Assembly (NCBI GenBank): GCA_947627355.1
Contig: CANQVX010000003.1
Coordinates: 20,815 to 84,814 of the forward strand
Source of the DNA: an uncultured Bacilli bacterium
GTDB taxonomy: Bacteria; Bacillota_I; Bacilli_A; RFN20; CAG-631
Direction: 5' to 3'
Length of the DNA stretch: 64,000 nt
The notes below the pieces were generated by a model. The model had not been told where the DNA came from and ran no database searches. It worked only from the letters and a program-made list of their open reading frames with translations. Position numbers and translations under genes: made by a program. This document shows positions 30,263 through 43,263 of this stretch, one piece after another. Numbering within the stretch: the first letter of the stretch is position 1; each line of letters starts with the position of its first letter.

Positions 30263-31999
30263 ATGAAAAAAGGTAAAGGACTATTTTTATTGTCAAGCTT
30301 ACTATTTTTATCAACTGCTGTTGGCTGTTCATCTGTAGCTGGTGGCTTAAAATCTTATAGTTATGAATACGATTATGAAGATGTTGAAGGTGGACTTAAA
30401 ATCACCGGTATTCAATATAATAAGAAAAACAAAAAACTAGATATTACAATTCCAGATTCCATTTTAGGAAAGAAAGTTGTAGCTATTGCTGAAGGTGCAT
30501 TTAAAAATAACAACGTTATTTATAATGTATTTTTAGGAAAAAATGTTAAAACAATTGAAGCTGAAGCTTTCATGGGCTGTTCTAAATTAAATAATATTGT
30601 TTATCCAACCGATGTTTTAATTCATGTTGGTGATAGAGCATATGCTAATACTGCAGTAAGTGATTTATTTATCACTAATAAAATTGAATTAGGAAATGAA
30701 GTATTTAAAGATTGTGTTTCTTTAAATAGTGTTAAATCAACCGCTAATGTTTATGGTTCAAATTTATTTACCGGTTGTACTAACTTAAAATCACTTGATA
30801 TTAATTTTATTGGTGCTAATGCCACTGATTATAAACCTTTATCTTATCTATTTGGTGAAACTATTCCTTCATCTTTAACTGAACTTGTAATTGGTGAACA
30901 AACTTCATTTGCTTCAAATACTTTTGAAAATTGTTCAACTTTAACTAATATTGAACTTCCAGGTCCTAAAATTGTTCTAGAACTTCCTCGAGGTTTATTT
31001 GCTAATTGTAGTGCTCTTGAAAGTTTAACTTTACCATTTGTAGGAAAAGCAACAATACCTTTAGCATCTTCTACTATTAATGATGATTATTCACTTGCTT
31101 ATTTATTTAATAAAACTAGCAATGCTGAAATTAGTGATAAATTAAAATCAATTACTTTCCATCCAACTGCCATTGTAACTCTAGAAAATAACGAAAAACT
31201 TACTAATGGTATGATTTCTATCCGTAAAGTTAATTTCGGTGGTTGTAATCATCTTGAAACACTTGAATTTGATAAAGGCCTTGTAAGTATTGAAGCAGGC
31301 GCTTTTGATGGTTGTAGTGCATTAAATAGCATTAAATTACCTTCATCAATTGAAACAATTGGTGCTAAAGCATTTGATCAAACTAAATTATATACTGACC
31401 ATGCAAGTGGTTTATTAATCGTTGATAAGTGGGCTGTTGGTTATAAAGCAGCAACTAACAAAAGACTTTCAAACAATACAATTAATGGTATTGCTGATGA
31501 ATTATTTAAAGAAAACAATGATGTTACTGAAGTTGCTTTTAGAAACTTAAAGACTTTAGGAAAAAATACTTTCACTGGTGCTAGTGCATTAACTAAGGTT
31601 GATTTCCAAACAATTGAAACAATTCCTGAAAATACCTTTGCTAATTGTCTTGCTTTAGGTGAAGTAAATTTACCAAGAGTTAAAGAATTGGGCGCTGGTG
31701 CTTTTAGTGGTTGTACAACTTTAAATAAAGTTACTTTATCAAGAGTTGAAAACATTAGTGCTAATGCCTTTAAAGATTGTAGTTCATTAACTTATCTTGT
31801 TATACCAAGTTCAATTAAAACTATTGCTGATGATGCGTTTGCAGGTTGCACTAATTTAGTTATTTATCTTGATTTTGAACAAACAGCAGATAAAACAATG
31901 CCAACTGGAGCATGGTCTAATGGTTTAACAATTTATTATAAAGATGCCTGGGAACTTAATGACAATGGTGTTCCAACACCTAAAACTCCAGCAGCTTAA
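30263..31999 (+). CDS. BspA-type leucine-rich repeat lipoprotein
   Basis: Lipobox AVGC; many I..AF..C..L..I.LP repeats; ATG 30263. Confidence 0.9.
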   Translation: MKKGKGLFLLSSLLFLSTAVGCSSVAGGLKSYSYEYDYEDVEGGLKITGIQYNKKNKKLDITIPDSILGKKVVAIAEGAFKNNNVIYNVFLGKNVKTIEAEAFMGCSKLNNIVYPTDVLIHVGDRAYANTAVSDLFITNKIELGNEVFKDCVSLNSVKSTANVYGSNLFTGCTNLKSLDINFIGANATDYKPLSYLFGETIPSSLTELVIGEQTSFASNTFENCSTLTNIELPGPKIVLELPRGLFANCSALESLTLPFVGKATIPLASSTINDDYSLAYLFNKTSNAEISDKLKSITFHPTAIVTLENNEKLTNGMISIRKVNFGGCNHLETLEFDKGLVSIEAGAFDGCSALNSIKLPSSIETIGAKAFDQTKLYTDHASGLLIVDKWAVGYKAATNKRLSNNTINGIADELFKENNDVTEVAFRNLKTLGKNTFTGASALTKVDFQTIETIPENTFANCLALGEVNLPRVKELGAGAFSGCTTLNKVTLSRVENISANAFKDCSSLTYLVIPSSIKTIADDAFAGCTNLVIYLDFEQTADKTMPTGAWSNGLTIYYKDAWELNDNGVPTPKTPAA

Positions 32000-32025
32000 T
32001 AAAACTTTATAAAATTTGATATTTT

Positions 32026-32050
32026 AGCGGAGCGTTTGCTTCGCTTTTTT
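32026..32050 (+). terminator. Intrinsic terminator
   Basis: AGCGGAGC-GTTT-GCTTCGCT followed by T tract. Confidence 0.8.
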
Positions 32051-32087
32051 ATATTCATAAAAAACGTTTTGGAATTATTTTAAAAAT

Positions 32088-32161
32088 TTAGCACTAAACT
32101 ATTGACAGTGCTAAAGTACATAAGTATAATAATCTTAGCACTTGAAAACATATAGTGCTAA
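32088..32161 (+). promoter_or_regulatory. Tandem CIRCE operators and sigma-A promoter of the hrcA operon
   Basis: TTAGCACTA-N9-CAGTGCTAA 32088-32114; TTAGCACTT-N9-TAGTGCTAA 32135-32161; TTGACA 32102, 17 nt spacer, TATAAT 32125. Confidence 0.95.
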
Positions 32162-32174
32162 TGGTGGTGATGAT

Positions 32175-33200
32175 ATGGAAACTCTTCCAAGAAAATTTTT
32201 AATCTTAAAACTGATTGTTGAAGAATTTATTAAAACTGCTCATCCTGTTGGTTCAAACACTTTGCTTGAACAATATAATCTTGATTTCTCAAGTGCAACT
32301 ATTCGAAATGAAATGTTTACTCTTGAAGAAGAAGGCTATATTGAAAAACCTCATACTAGTGCTGGTAGAGTGCCAAGTGTTAAAGGATATCGTTATTACA
32401 TTGAACATTTAAAAAGCGATAACAGAGCTAAAAACATCAAATCTAAAATTAAAAATTTCATCGAAGATAATAGTCAAACCATGCACATCGATCAAATCAT
32501 TGATGAATGTTGTCAAATTATTTCTAATATGACAAATCTTGTATCAGTTGTTATGGGCCCTGATGGAAGTAAAGAAAAGATTGCTAAAGTTGAACTTATT
32601 AGATTGAATTCATCAACAGCAATTGTTGTCTTTATTACTGATAGTGGTTATGTTGAACATAAAATTATTAATGTTCCAAGTGGAAGCAAGATAGAAGAAT
32701 TAGAAGATTGTGTTCATATTATTAATAAAAGAATTGCTGGTATTTCATTAAATGAATCAGATGTTGCTTTAAAAAGTGTCCAATTAGTCTTATCTGAACA
32801 CATTAAAAATTATCAAATGGTTTACAATGCTTTTGCTCAAGCCTTCTTACATTTTGCTAGCGAAAGAATTTCCTATTATGGTAAAAACAATTTGTTAAGT
32901 CAAAAAGATTTTGCTGATATTCAAAAAATGAAAAAAGTAGCAAAAATATTAGAAGACAACAACATTTGGAAAAGTTTTGATAATGAATATGAAGGAATTA
33001 ATGTCTCAATTGGTAAAGAAAGCAATGTAACTGACCTTGAAGATATTTCGGTTGTTTCAACTAAACTTAAATTATCAGAATCAAATTCAGGTACCGTTGC
33101 GATTATTGGCCCAACTAGAATGGATTATAGTCAAGTCATTGATGCCTTAGAATATTTATCTGATACCATTGATGAATTAGTTAAAAAGAAGGAGAAATAA
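32175..33200 (+). CDS. hrcA: Heat-inducible transcription repressor
   Basis: SSATIRNEM, PHTSAGRVPS.KGYRYY, IGPTRMDY; ATG 32175. Confidence 0.97.
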   Translation: METLPRKFLILKLIVEEFIKTAHPVGSNTLLEQYNLDFSSATIRNEMFTLEEEGYIEKPHTSAGRVPSVKGYRYYIEHLKSDNRAKNIKSKIKNFIEDNSQTMHIDQIIDECCQIISNMTNLVSVVMGPDGSKEKIAKVELIRLNSSTAIVVFITDSGYVEHKIINVPSGSKIEELEDCVHIINKRIAGISLNESDVALKSVQLVLSEHIKNYQMVYNAFAQAFLHFASERISYYGKNNLLSQKDFADIQKMKKVAKILEDNNIWKSFDNEYEGINVSIGKESNVTDLEDISVVSTKLKLSESNSGTVAIIGPTRMDYSQVIDALEYLSDTIDELVKKKEK

Positions 33201-33201
33201 T

Positions 33202-35645
<2,444 letters not shown>

Positions 35646-35656
35646 TTTGTAATGTT

Positions 35657-35688
35657 TGGGGGTGCAAATTAATTGCACTCCCCATTTT
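35657..35688 (+). terminator. GC-rich hairpin between dnaK and dnaJ (attenuating terminator or stabiliser)
   Basis: TGGGGGTGCAA...TTGCACTCCCCA with a short T run. Confidence 0.7.
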
Positions 35689-35699
35689 AGAAAGAAGGT

Positions 35700-36875
35700 A
35701 TGTCCATGGCTAATCAAAAAAGAGATTTATATGAAATTCTTGGAATTAGTAAAAATGCTACTCAAGAAGAAATCAAAGCTGCCCATCGTAAACTTGTAAA
35801 ACAATATCACCCTGATTTAAATAAAGAACCAGGAGCTGAAGAAAAGTTTAAAGAAGTTCAAAATGCTTATGATATTTTAAGTGACGAAAAGAAAAGACAA
35901 CTATATGATCAATATGGTTATGCTGGAATCGATCCAAATGCTGCTGGTGGCTTTAATGGCGCTGGTGGTTTTAATGGTAATTTTGGCGATTTTGGCGAAG
36001 CTTTTGGTGGTTTTGGTGATATTTTTGAAAGCTTTTTTGGTGCTGGACGTCGTAGTAATGCAGAACGCAATCCAAACCGTGGACCAATTCGTGGTGAAGA
36101 TGAATTTACCAGCATGAGAATATCTTTTATGGATTCTGTCCGTGGTGTTGAAGTAAAAGTACCTTTAACTTATTACAAATTATGTTCTCATTGTAATGGC
36201 ACAGGTGCTGAATCTGCAAAAGATGTTGAAACATGTCCTACTTGTCGAGGTACTGGAACTATAAAGACCCAAACTCAAAGCTTTTTTGGCACTATGATTA
36301 GTGAAAAAAGATGTCCAACTTGTAACGGAACTGGAAAAAGAATTAAAACTCCTTGTCATGAATGCCGTGGCGAAGGTTATATTAAAGTTAAAGAACAATA
36401 TAATTTAAAGATTCCTCAAGGTATTAATTCTCAACGTCAATTAAAAATAGCTGGTAAAGGAAAAGTTGGTAAAAATGGTGGACCATGTGGCGATCTTTAT
36501 ATTGAAATAATTGTCGAACAAAGCAATGATTTTAAACGTGATGGTAACAATGTTCATATCGAATTTCCAATCACTTCAACTGATGCTATTTTAGGTCTTA
36601 GATGTGAAGTTCCAACAATTTATGGAATGACGACAATTGATATTCCATCTGGTATTCAAAATGGTGATACAATTCGCATTAAAAACAAAGGTTTCAAAGA
36701 TGTTAGAAGTGATGTTTTTGGCGATGAAATCGTACATATTAAGGTTGTTGTTCCTTCATCATTAAGTAGTGATGAAAAACAATTATATGAACAAATTAGA
36801 AACGTTGAATCAAGAAAAAAAGATAAACCTAACGATAAATATAACGAAAAAATCAAACGAGCATACAAAATGTAG
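35700..36875 (+). CDS. dnaJ: Chaperone DnaJ
   Basis: J domain HPD, G/F-rich region, four CxxCxGxG repeats. Confidence 0.98.
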   Translation: MSMANQKRDLYEILGISKNATQEEIKAAHRKLVKQYHPDLNKEPGAEEKFKEVQNAYDILSDEKKRQLYDQYGYAGIDPNAAGGFNGAGGFNGNFGDFGEAFGGFGDIFESFFGAGRRSNAERNPNRGPIRGEDEFTSMRISFMDSVRGVEVKVPLTYYKLCSHCNGTGAESAKDVETCPTCRGTGTIKTQTQSFFGTMISEKRCPTCNGTGKRIKTPCHECRGEGYIKVKEQYNLKIPQGINSQRQLKIAGKGKVGKNGGPCGDLYIEIIVEQSNDFKRDGNNVHIEFPITSTDAILGLRCEVPTIYGMTTIDIPSGIQNGDTIRIKNKGFKDVRSDVFGDEIVHIKVVVPSSLSSDEKQLYEQIRNVESRKKDKPNDKYNEKIKRAYKM

Positions 36876-36893
36876 TGAAAACTACATTTTTTT
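36867..36893 (+). terminator. Intrinsic terminator after dnaJ
   Basis: AAAATGTAGT-GAAA-ACTACATTTTTTT. Confidence 0.8.
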
Positions 36894-36946
36894 ATATGAA
36901 AATATAAAAAAAATGGTATAATGAAAAAAGAGTAGGTGAAGTTTTC

Positions 36947-39787
36947 ATGGCAAAAGATAAACATCAAAAAATAAAAGATGAAAAAACAAAAGAAATGAAA
37001 GATAAAGAAGCCATTATCGCCATAATTGGTTTGATTTTAGTGGTATTTTCTATCTTAATTATAGCAAACACAGGATTTATAGCTAACGCTTTAAAATATG
37101 CCTTTGTCTTTTTATTTGGCACTTGCTATTTATTTGTTTTACTTTATTTGTTATTCATTGGTTTTTATATGATTTTCAAAAAGAAACCATTTAAAATGTT
37201 TCAAAAAATGCAATATGTTTTGTTATTTTTTATTTTTTTATGTGTCCTTGCCTTAGCATCTACTGGTCATAAAGGTTTGGTATTTAAAAATTTCACAGGA
37301 ATTTATAAACAATTAATGCCAAAAAGTTTAAACACTGCGACAGTTTCCGCTCGTGTTGGTGGTGGTTGGCTTGGCTTTTTCTTACTTGCCGTTTTTAACA
37401 CTTTACTTGGTGCTGAAGCTTGGTCAATGATAGTTTATATCATTTTACTTTTAGGCCTAGTTTATCTACTATTCTATAAAAAAATCAATGCTTTGATTAG
37501 AAAAGCTGCTAAAGCTAGAAAAGCTAAAAAAGAACAAAAACAAAACGAAAAAGAACTTGCAAATACTAGTGTTGTCGATAGAAGAGATACCTTAACTGGT
37601 CAAACTTTAGATAACGACAATAATAAAACAAGTCATGCAGTTATCATTTCTGATAATGAAAATCCATTCAATGAAAATATAAATAAACAAGAAACTGAAA
37701 CTAAAGTGGTTGTTGAAGAACCTGAAAAGCCAGTTGTAAATGCTTCTTTATCATCTAGTACTAAATATCGTAGTCTTGCTGATTTTGATGATGTTGTCGA
37801 TGATTTAGAAGCCACTCGAGTTATTTCTCGTGATCAAATTAATAATAATTCTAATCAAACTGTTACTCAAAATAATTCAATTTTTGAACCAAGTGTGAAA
37901 GTAAATGAAGACAATACTAATCAAAATCTATTTGTTCAAGAAAAAGAAATTAAGCCAAATAGTGAAGAAGCCTTAAGAATGCAAGAATATGAAAAAATAA
38001 AACAAGAACAATTGAATCAAACTTATTATGAAAATGAAACTTTAAATCAAACAAATAACGAAAATGTAAATGAAGTTAACGAAACTATTCAACCAGTTGA
38101 TGAAAGTAAAAATGATGAAGAAGTTAGTGAAGAAAAAGAACTTTCAATTCAATCACAAGTATCATTTGAAGAACAATATGTAAAACCTATGCAAACCACA
38201 TTTACCTATGGAAATCATACTAAAGAAGAACTTGAGCAAGATGAAGAAGAAGTAGAAGTTGAAATTAATCAAGACGATGATTTTGTTTATGATTTTAGAA
38301 CTTATCAATTACCACCTTTAGCTTTATTAAAAGATGCTACAAATGTTCAAGAAATTCTTCAAGAAAATGCTGCTTCTGCTGTTGAAAAAGCCGATATTTT
38401 AATGCAAAAAATGAAAGAATTAAATATTGATGCTGAAATTGTTGGCTATAGTATTGGTCCATCAGTTACCCAATATGAAACTAGACTTAATAAAGGTAAA
38501 GCTCAATCAATTCAAGGAGCTATGGAAGACTTTAAACTTGCTTTAGGTGTTGCTTCTTTACGTATTGTTATCCCTATTCCTGGAAAAAGAGGAAGTATCG
38601 GTATTGAAGTTCCTAATGATAAAAAGAGCATGGTAACATTTAAAGAAATCATGAGTTATATTACTTATATGAAAGCAAATGACCCAAAGATGCAAAAAAT
38701 GGATACTATTATGCCAATTGGTAAAGATATTTCTGGTAATCCAGTTATTGCTTCTATTACTAAAATGCCACATTGTTTAATTTCTGGTGCTACTAATAGC
38801 GGTAAATCTGTTTGTGCTAATACCATTATTTGTTCATTGCTTTATCAATACAAACCAAATGAATTAAAATTTATAATGATTGACCCTAAACGTGTTGAAA
38901 TGCTTTTCTATAAGAATTTACCTCACTTATTATGTCCAATCATTATTGATTCTGAACATGCGGCTGTTGCTTTAGTAAAACTATGTGAAGAAATGCAAGA
39001 AAGATTTGATACATTTTCAAAATGCCAAGTAAAAAATATTGCTGCTTATAATGAAATGAGAAGAGCAAATGGTGAAGAAATCATGCCATTTATTGTTCTA
39101 GTTGTTGATGAATTTGCTGAATTAATGTTAAGTAAACAATCAGCTATTATTGAAGAAAAAGTACAAAGCCTAGTTCAACTTGGTAGAGCATCAGGTATTC
39201 ACTTAATTTTATGTACTCAAAGACCATCAGTAAACGTTATTACTGGTACTATTAAAAATAACATTCCATGTCGTTTAACATTTAGATTATCATCAAATGT
39301 TGACTCTAAGACTGTTATTGATTCAGGCGGTGCTGAAAAACTATTAAACAATGGGGATATGTTATTATTAACCCCTGAAAGTTCAGACTTAAAGAGAGTT
39401 CAAGGTTCATTTATTTCTGATGAAGAAATTGAAAACATTGTAGCTTTTTGTTCTAAACAATGTCCGTCTCAATATGATCCTAGATTTTTAGATTTACAAA
39501 CTAATGCTGAAAAAGAAAAAGCTATACATAATTTAGAAGAAAATGACAATAATAATGATGAAGATGCTGATGAAGCTCTTTATAAAGATATTCGTTATTT
39601 TGTCTTAAAAGAACAAACCATTGTCACATCATTGATTCAAGGAAAGTTCAAAATTGGTTATGGAAAAGTATCAAACTTTATTAGCCGATTAACTGATGAA
39701 GGAATCATTGGCCAAAAAGCCGGTGGCAAGGGTAGAGAAGTTTTAATGACCTTAGAAGAATGGGAGTCAAATAATAATGAACAATAA
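36947..39787 (+). CDS. ftsK: FtsK/SpoIIIE DNA translocase
   Basis: Four N-terminal TMs, long acidic linker, PHCLISGATNSGKS, IDPK, VVDEFAELM, TQRPS, gamma domain. Confidence 0.95.
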   Translation: MAKDKHQKIKDEKTKEMKDKEAIIAIIGLILVVFSILIIANTGFIANALKYAFVFLFGTCYLFVLLYLLFIGFYMIFKKKPFKMFQKMQYVLLFFIFLCVLALASTGHKGLVFKNFTGIYKQLMPKSLNTATVSARVGGGWLGFFLLAVFNTLLGAEAWSMIVYIILLLGLVYLLFYKKINALIRKAAKARKAKKEQKQNEKELANTSVVDRRDTLTGQTLDNDNNKTSHAVIISDNENPFNENINKQETETKVVVEEPEKPVVNASLSSSTKYRSLADFDDVVDDLEATRVISRDQINNNSNQTVTQNNSIFEPSVKVNEDNTNQNLFVQEKEIKPNSEEALRMQEYEKIKQEQLNQTYYENETLNQTNNENVNEVNETIQPVDESKNDEEVSEEKELSIQSQVSFEEQYVKPMQTTFTYGNHTKEELEQDEEEVEVEINQDDDFVYDFRTYQLPPLALLKDATNVQEILQENAASAVEKADILMQKMKELNIDAEIVGYSIGPSVTQYETRLNKGKAQSIQGAMEDFKLALGVASLRIVIPIPGKRGSIGIEVPNDKKSMVTFKEIMSYITYMKANDPKMQKMDTIMPIGKDISGNPVIASITKMPHCLISGATNSGKSVCANTIICSLLYQYKPNELKFIMIDPKRVEMLFYKNLPHLLCPIIIDSEHAAVALVKLCEEMQERFDTFSKCQVKNIAAYNEMRRANGEEIMPFIVLVVDEFAELMLSKQSAIIEEKVQSLVQLGRASGIHLILCTQRPSVNVITGTIKNNIPCRLTFRLSSNVDSKTVIDSGGAEKLLNNGDMLLLTPESSDLKRVQGSFISDEEIENIVAFCSKQCPSQYDPRFLDLQTNAEKEKAIHNLEENDNNNDEDADEALYKDIRYFVLKEQTIVTSLIQGKFKIGYGKVSNFISRLTDEGIIGQKAGGKGREVLMTLEEWESNNNEQ

Positions 39788-41045
39788 AAAGACAATTCGT
39801 TTTCAAAATAATTGTCGTTTAATCTTACAAAAAGATAAAAAATTTAAATATATCGGTGTTGAAGTTGTTTTTTATGATAAATTCGATTATAAAAACATCA
39901 CAGCCTATAATGTTTTATCAAGAATATTACTAAATTCATCAAAAGTTTATAAAACGATGAAAGAAATGAATCAAAAAAAGGAAGAACTATATGATGTTGA
40001 ACTTAATACCTCATATAAATATTGGTATAAGTTAGCAACTTTTAAAGTTATCGGTAATTTTATCAATCCTAAATATGTTAACAATAAAAATTATGAAGAA
40101 GAAATATTTTCTTTTTTAAGTAGTACAATTTTTAATCAAAACATCGAAAATCATTCTTTTGATAAAGATTTATTTAATATTGCTAAAGATTTAGTGGCTA
40201 ATTCAATTTTATTACAAAAAGATCAACCTGATTCTTATGCTTTTATCTCTTTATTAAAAATGCTAGGAACTAAAAAACAAGCAATAGCTGCTTCAACTAT
40301 TGGTGAAAAGAAAGTGTTAGATGAATTAAATGCCTCTAATTTAGTTGATTATTATTTGCATTTAATTAATCTACCATTTGATATTTATGTTTATGGTGAC
40401 ATTCAATTTGAAAAAATTAAAAGACTTGTAAAAAAATATTTTAACAATCAAACAACAACTAGAAAGAAATATCAACTTCAAAAGGCTTTAAATCCTAATA
40501 ATATCAAAAATAAAGTAATTTATCGTGATGTTTTACAAGCAAAAGTTGCTATTTGTTATACTACAGGTGTTTTATATAACGATAAAGATTATTATGCCAT
40601 GAGATTGCTTAACAATCTTTTTGGGGAAAACCAACAATCAAAATTGTTTCAAGAAATAAGAGAAAAACAAGGCTTGTGTTATTCAATTTTTTCTACTTTT
40701 GATAGTGTTTATGGAACCATTATTGTTTATACTGGCATACCAATTGAAAAAGTAAAAGAAACAATATCGGCTATCAATCAATTGATAGATGACTTGAAAG
40801 AAGGAAAAATATCAAATAAAGATATTGAAATGGCAAAAATTGATATTATTTCTTCGTTAAATCAAGTAAAAGATAACATGTTTAAACACATGAACTTAGA
40901 AATAAGAGCAGCTTGTTATAATCAAGAATATGATGTCGAAAAAATCATAAATTTATATCAAAAAATAACCAAAAATGATTTAATTGAAGTTGCAAAAAAG
41001 ATTCAATATAAAACCCATGTTGTGGTAACTAAAAAAGGAAAATGA
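39777..41045 (+). CDS. ymfF: M16 family inactive subunit (YmfF-like)
   Basis: SKLFQEIREKQGLCYSI; no HxxEH; paired with the next gene. Confidence 0.8.
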   Translation: MNNKKTIRFQNNCRLILQKDKKFKYIGVEVVFYDKFDYKNITAYNVLSRILLNSSKVYKTMKEMNQKKEELYDVELNTSYKYWYKLATFKVIGNFINPKYVNNKNYEEEIFSFLSSTIFNQNIENHSFDKDLFNIAKDLVANSILLQKDQPDSYAFISLLKMLGTKKQAIAASTIGEKKVLDELNASNLVDYYLHLINLPFDIYVYGDIQFEKIKRLVKKYFNNQTTTRKKYQLQKALNPNNIKNKVIYRDVLQAKVAICYTTGVLYNDKDYYAMRLLNNLFGENQQSKLFQEIREKQGLCYSIFSTFDSVYGTIIVYTGIPIEKVKETISAINQLIDDLKEGKISNKDIEMAKIDIISSLNQVKDNMFKHMNLEIRAACYNQEYDVEKIINLYQKITKNDLIEVAKKIQYKTHVVVTKKGK

Positions 41046-42328
41046 CCATGAAATATAAAAGATATCCAAAGATAAATGAAGAAGTTTATACATTAACCTT
41101 AGAAAATAAATTAAAGGTTTATTATATTCCTAGAACTGGCTTTCAAAATAAGATTGCTATAATTGCCACAAGATTTGGAAGTTTACATTCTAACCAAACT
41201 GTTATGATTGATGGAAAATCTAAAAAAATACCGTTTGGAACGGCTCATTTTTTAGAACATAGAATGTTTTCAATTAAAGATAAAGATGCTAGTGAATTGT
41301 TTTTAAATTTAGGTGCTAGTTCTAATGCTTTTACATCTTATAATACCACAGCATATTATTTTAAATGTAACGATAGATTCTATGAAAATCTTGATGTGCT
41401 ATTTGAAATGATATCATCATTTGATAGCACTAGTAAGCAAATCGAAAATGAAAAGCAAATTATCATTGAAGAATTAAAAATGTATCAAGATGAACCAGCC
41501 ACTAAATTACTAAATAATTTATTTAAAAATGGTTATCAATATCATTTAATCAATCAAGATATTGGTGGAACTATTGAAAGTGTTGAATCTATCGATAAAA
41601 AGATGCTAGAAGCCTGTTATAAAAAGTATTATGATCCTAGCAATTTAGTATTAGTTATTGCTGGTGATTTAAATGTCGATGAACTTGAAAAATATTTAAA
41701 TAATCTAAAGGTTTTTGATAAAAAAATAGATAAACCTAATATTAAAAAACTATCATTTAAAAATGAACCATTAGAAGTTATTAACGATAGAACAGATATT
41801 TATCAAGATATTTCTTTACCTTTGTATGGAATTCTATTTAAACTAAAACCAGTTAATACAAAACTACAACAAAAGGCTTATCTTCAAATGGAAATATTAT
41901 TAAGTTATTATTTTGATGCTTCAGGAATTTATACTGAAGATTGGCTTAAAAAGAAAATAATTAATAATTCTATTAGTTTCTATCATGGGATGAATATTGA
42001 CCTTAATTATTTAATTTTATATAATATTAATGACAAATATGACATTTCCATAAATCATATTTTGGACGTTTTTGATAAAAAACATTTCACCATGACTGAA
42101 TCAGATTTTAAACGAATTAAAAACAAATTAATTGGTTCACTCATTAAAGAATATGGAAATGTTGAAGAAATGGCTAAAGAATATCTTCATTATTTGATTA
42201 GTGATATGGATTATTTTAAAGAAATTACGATACTAAATCAGATAACTTTAGAAGACATTTATGAAACTTATTTAGAAATTTGCAATGCCTCCCATTGCAT
42301 TGTTATTGAAAGGAAAGATGCTAAATGA
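41042..42328 (+). CDS. ymfH: M16 family zinc peptidase (YmfH-like)
   Basis: GTAHFLEHRMF, NAFTS, IIIEE. Confidence 0.88.
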   Translation: MTMKYKRYPKINEEVYTLTLENKLKVYYIPRTGFQNKIAIIATRFGSLHSNQTVMIDGKSKKIPFGTAHFLEHRMFSIKDKDASELFLNLGASSNAFTSYNTTAYYFKCNDRFYENLDVLFEMISSFDSTSKQIENEKQIIIEELKMYQDEPATKLLNNLFKNGYQYHLINQDIGGTIESVESIDKKMLEACYKKYYDPSNLVLVIAGDLNVDELEKYLNNLKVFDKKIDKPNIKKLSFKNEPLEVINDRTDIYQDISLPLYGILFKLKPVNTKLQQKAYLQMEILLSYYFDASGIYTEDWLKKKIINNSISFYHGMNIDLNYLILYNINDKYDISINHILDVFDKKHFTMTESDFKRIKNKLIGSLIKEYGNVEEMAKEYLHYLISDMDYFKEITILNQITLEDIYETYLEICNASHCIVIERKDAK

Positions 42329-42657
42329 TGAAGGGGATTGGAATTGATATTGTTAAAGTTAGTCGTTTATCTGAACGTGTAGCTGATAAGATTTTATCTG
42401 ATAAGGAATTAAAAGAATTTAAAACTTATCTAGATGTAAACAAAAAAAGAGCTATGCAATTTTTAGGTGGTCGTCTAGCTGCTAAAGAAGCTTATTTAAA
42501 AGCAGTAGGTGTTGGTATGTATAATGGCATATCTTTAAACCAATTAAAAGTTGTTAAGGATCAATTTGGTAATCCAACGTTTGAAGATACACCTAATTGC
42601 TTCTTATCAATCACTCATGATGCCGGTGTAGCCGTAGCAATTGTAGTGATTTATTAG
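42325..42657 (+). CDS. acpS: Holo-ACP synthase
   Basis: GIGIDIV, GRLAAKEAYLKA, LSITHD. Confidence 0.95.
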   Translation: MMKGIGIDIVKVSRLSERVADKILSDKELKEFKTYLDVNKKRAMQFLGGRLAAKEAYLKAVGVGMYNGISLNQLKVVKDQFGNPTFEDTPNCFLSITHDAGVAVAIVVIY

Positions 42658-42702
42658 CCCTAAAAAAATTTTTAAAAAAAATAAAATTTAACCAAATTAA
42701 AC

Positions 42703-42750
42703 AAAAGTTCCAATAAGCATAAAAAATAGTTGCTTTTTTGGAACTTTTTT
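42703..42750 (+). terminator. Intrinsic terminator after acpS
   Basis: AAAAGTTCCAA.AAGCA...TGCTT.TTGGAACTTTT plus T tract. Confidence 0.75.
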
Positions 42751-42821
42751 TGATATTTTTGCTCAAATTGGCGATTTTTCTTTTTTTTATTTTTTTGTTA
42801 TTCTTAATACGGTGATGGAAA

Positions 42822-43103
42822 ATGACAAATGTTGTTGTATTAATTGGACAAGTAAAAAGAGCTTATTTTGATGAAAAAACAAGTACATGTTATCTTGAAT
42901 TAAAGGTCGAAAATCCTTTTGTAGATGAATATGATACTGTTGAAGAAGTTTATGTCGTCAGGTTATGGCGTGGAATTTATAATGACTTGAAATCTATATC
43001 TAAAATAAAACCTAATATTCTTGTTGGTATTAAAGGCCGACTTGAAATTGAAAATGATAAAGTAATTATTGTAAGTGAAAGAGTTTCTTTTTTAGGTAAA
43101 TAA
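42822..43103 (+). CDS. Short SSB-like OB-fold protein
   Basis: MTNVVVLIG...VRLW...LVGIKGRL...IVSERVSFL pattern; no acidic C-terminal tail. Confidence 0.75.
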   Translation: MTNVVVLIGQVKRAYFDEKTSTCYLELKVENPFVDEYDTVEEVYVVRLWRGIYNDLKSISKIKPNILVGIKGRLEIENDKVIIVSERVSFLGK

Positions 43104-43263
43104 TTATTTATTTTAAGCATAAAAAAAGATTCATCAAAAACATGGATGTATCTTAATTTTTGTTATGGCTAAAAAACGGATTTTAATGTTAATTATTGTA
43201 AAAAATTTGAAAATTATAAGTTGAGTTCTAGGAATTATAAAGATATTGATAATTGTTTAAAAC

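Noticed and set aside
30263-31999. Periodic sequence in the BspA gene as a possible array
   Set aside because: Protein-level leucine-rich repeats; no identical DNA repeats with spacers, so not CRISPR.
35940-36020. Short tandem repeats in dnaJ (GCTGGTGG.TTTAATGG.)
   Set aside because: They encode the normal G/F-rich linker.
43115-43170. Imperfect hairpin after the SSB-like gene as a second ncRNA
   Set aside because: AT-rich and directly after the stop codon; more simply a terminator.
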